DNA of 64,000 nt from Homoserinimonas sp. (lineage in GTDB: Bacteria > Actinomycetota > Actinomycetes > Actinomycetales > Microbacteriaceae): NCBI GenBank assembly GCA_040904805.1, contig JBBDSS010000004.1:2481-66480 (forward strand), in the 5' to 3' direction. Position 1 is the first letter of the stretch. Each line of letters starts with the position of its first letter. Under the pieces are notes generated by a model. That model was not told the origin of the DNA. It ran no database searches and worked only from the letters and a program-made list of their open reading frames with translations. The translations under genes were made by a program, and so were the position numbers. Shown here in pieces: positions 63,799-64,000 of the stretch.

Positions 63799-64000
63799 TC
63801 AGCGGGTACTGAGCAGGCGCTGGCCTGGGCCGACCGCCGACAGCCCGACTTTCTCGAGCACGGCCCACATGGTGACCTGGTTCGCGCTGATGATCGGCTT
63901 GCCGAGTTCGGCTTCCAGGGGCGCGATGAGGTCGTAGGTCGGCAGGTTGGTACAGGAGACCACAATGGCGTCGGCATCCGGGGTGTTGGCTTCGCGGATG
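63799..64000 (-). CDS. Asp/Glu racemase-family paralog (3' end only; continues beyond window)
   Basis: Minus-strand frame ending at TGA (complement of 63799-63801) reads ...GKPIISANQVTMWAVLEKVGLSAVGPGQRLLSTR. This parallels ...GKVVLTANQVTVWEGLRIAGRPLKLPGLGTLFRG of 59705..60436. Nucleotide similarity is visible at 63860-63990 versus 59770-59900. Confidence 0.55.
   Translation of the reverse strand, partial: IREANTPDADAIVVSCTNLPTYDLIAPLEAELGKPIISANQVTMWAVLEKVGLSAVGPGQRLLSTR

Overview
High-GC (roughly 70% by eye) actinobacterial chromosomal segment. Gene content and intergenic repeats look Microbacteriaceae/Micrococcales-like, but that taxonomic guess is inference only. I support about 60 protein-coding genes. 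I found no rRNA, tRNA, CRISPR array, transposase or integrase by eye. Layout: (1) 1-7.0 kb is housekeeping: a CUT2-type sugar ABC transporter, an HDAC-family enzyme, an MpaB-like oxygenase and an EEP nuclease/phosphatase. (2) 7.0-19.3 kb is a visibly lower-GC defence-type island. It holds a coupled membrane-protein pair, a small-TM ORF coupled to an SRA-HNH type IV restriction enzyme, a tightly coupled five-gene operon (HTH, SNF2 helicase, DUF4391-like, type III Mod, type III Res) and a glycine-rich membrane protein. The five-gene operon is my best candidate for an insufficiently described system. (3) 19.7-24.4 kb is an oleA-oleBC-oleD long-chain olefin cluster bracketed by two diverged DUF4190 paralogs plus a REP-like repeat. 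(4) 25-47 kb holds mixed core genes: a signal-less M64 metallopeptidase fused to a beta-propeller, a RecB-like nuclease/exonuclease/SF1 helicase, a 550-bp hairpin-dense gene-poor gap, adjacent RNase HI and CobC-like phosphatase genes, a BCCT transporter and a DUF222-HNH element with an in-frame 15-nt tandem repeat. (5) 47-64 kb is a catabolic/transport island of at least 16 genes. Its promoters carry four identical copies of the 13-nt motif ATTGTTGACAATC, and a FadR-type GntR regulator lies inside it. The enzyme set (M24 hydrolase, M20 deacylase/amidase, class III transaminase, aldehyde dehydrogenase, EutA-like racemase-family paralogs, polar amino-acid ABC transporter) fits ectoine-like compatible-solute catabolism, which is an inference. 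All family assignments come from motif recognition by eye. No database search was run.
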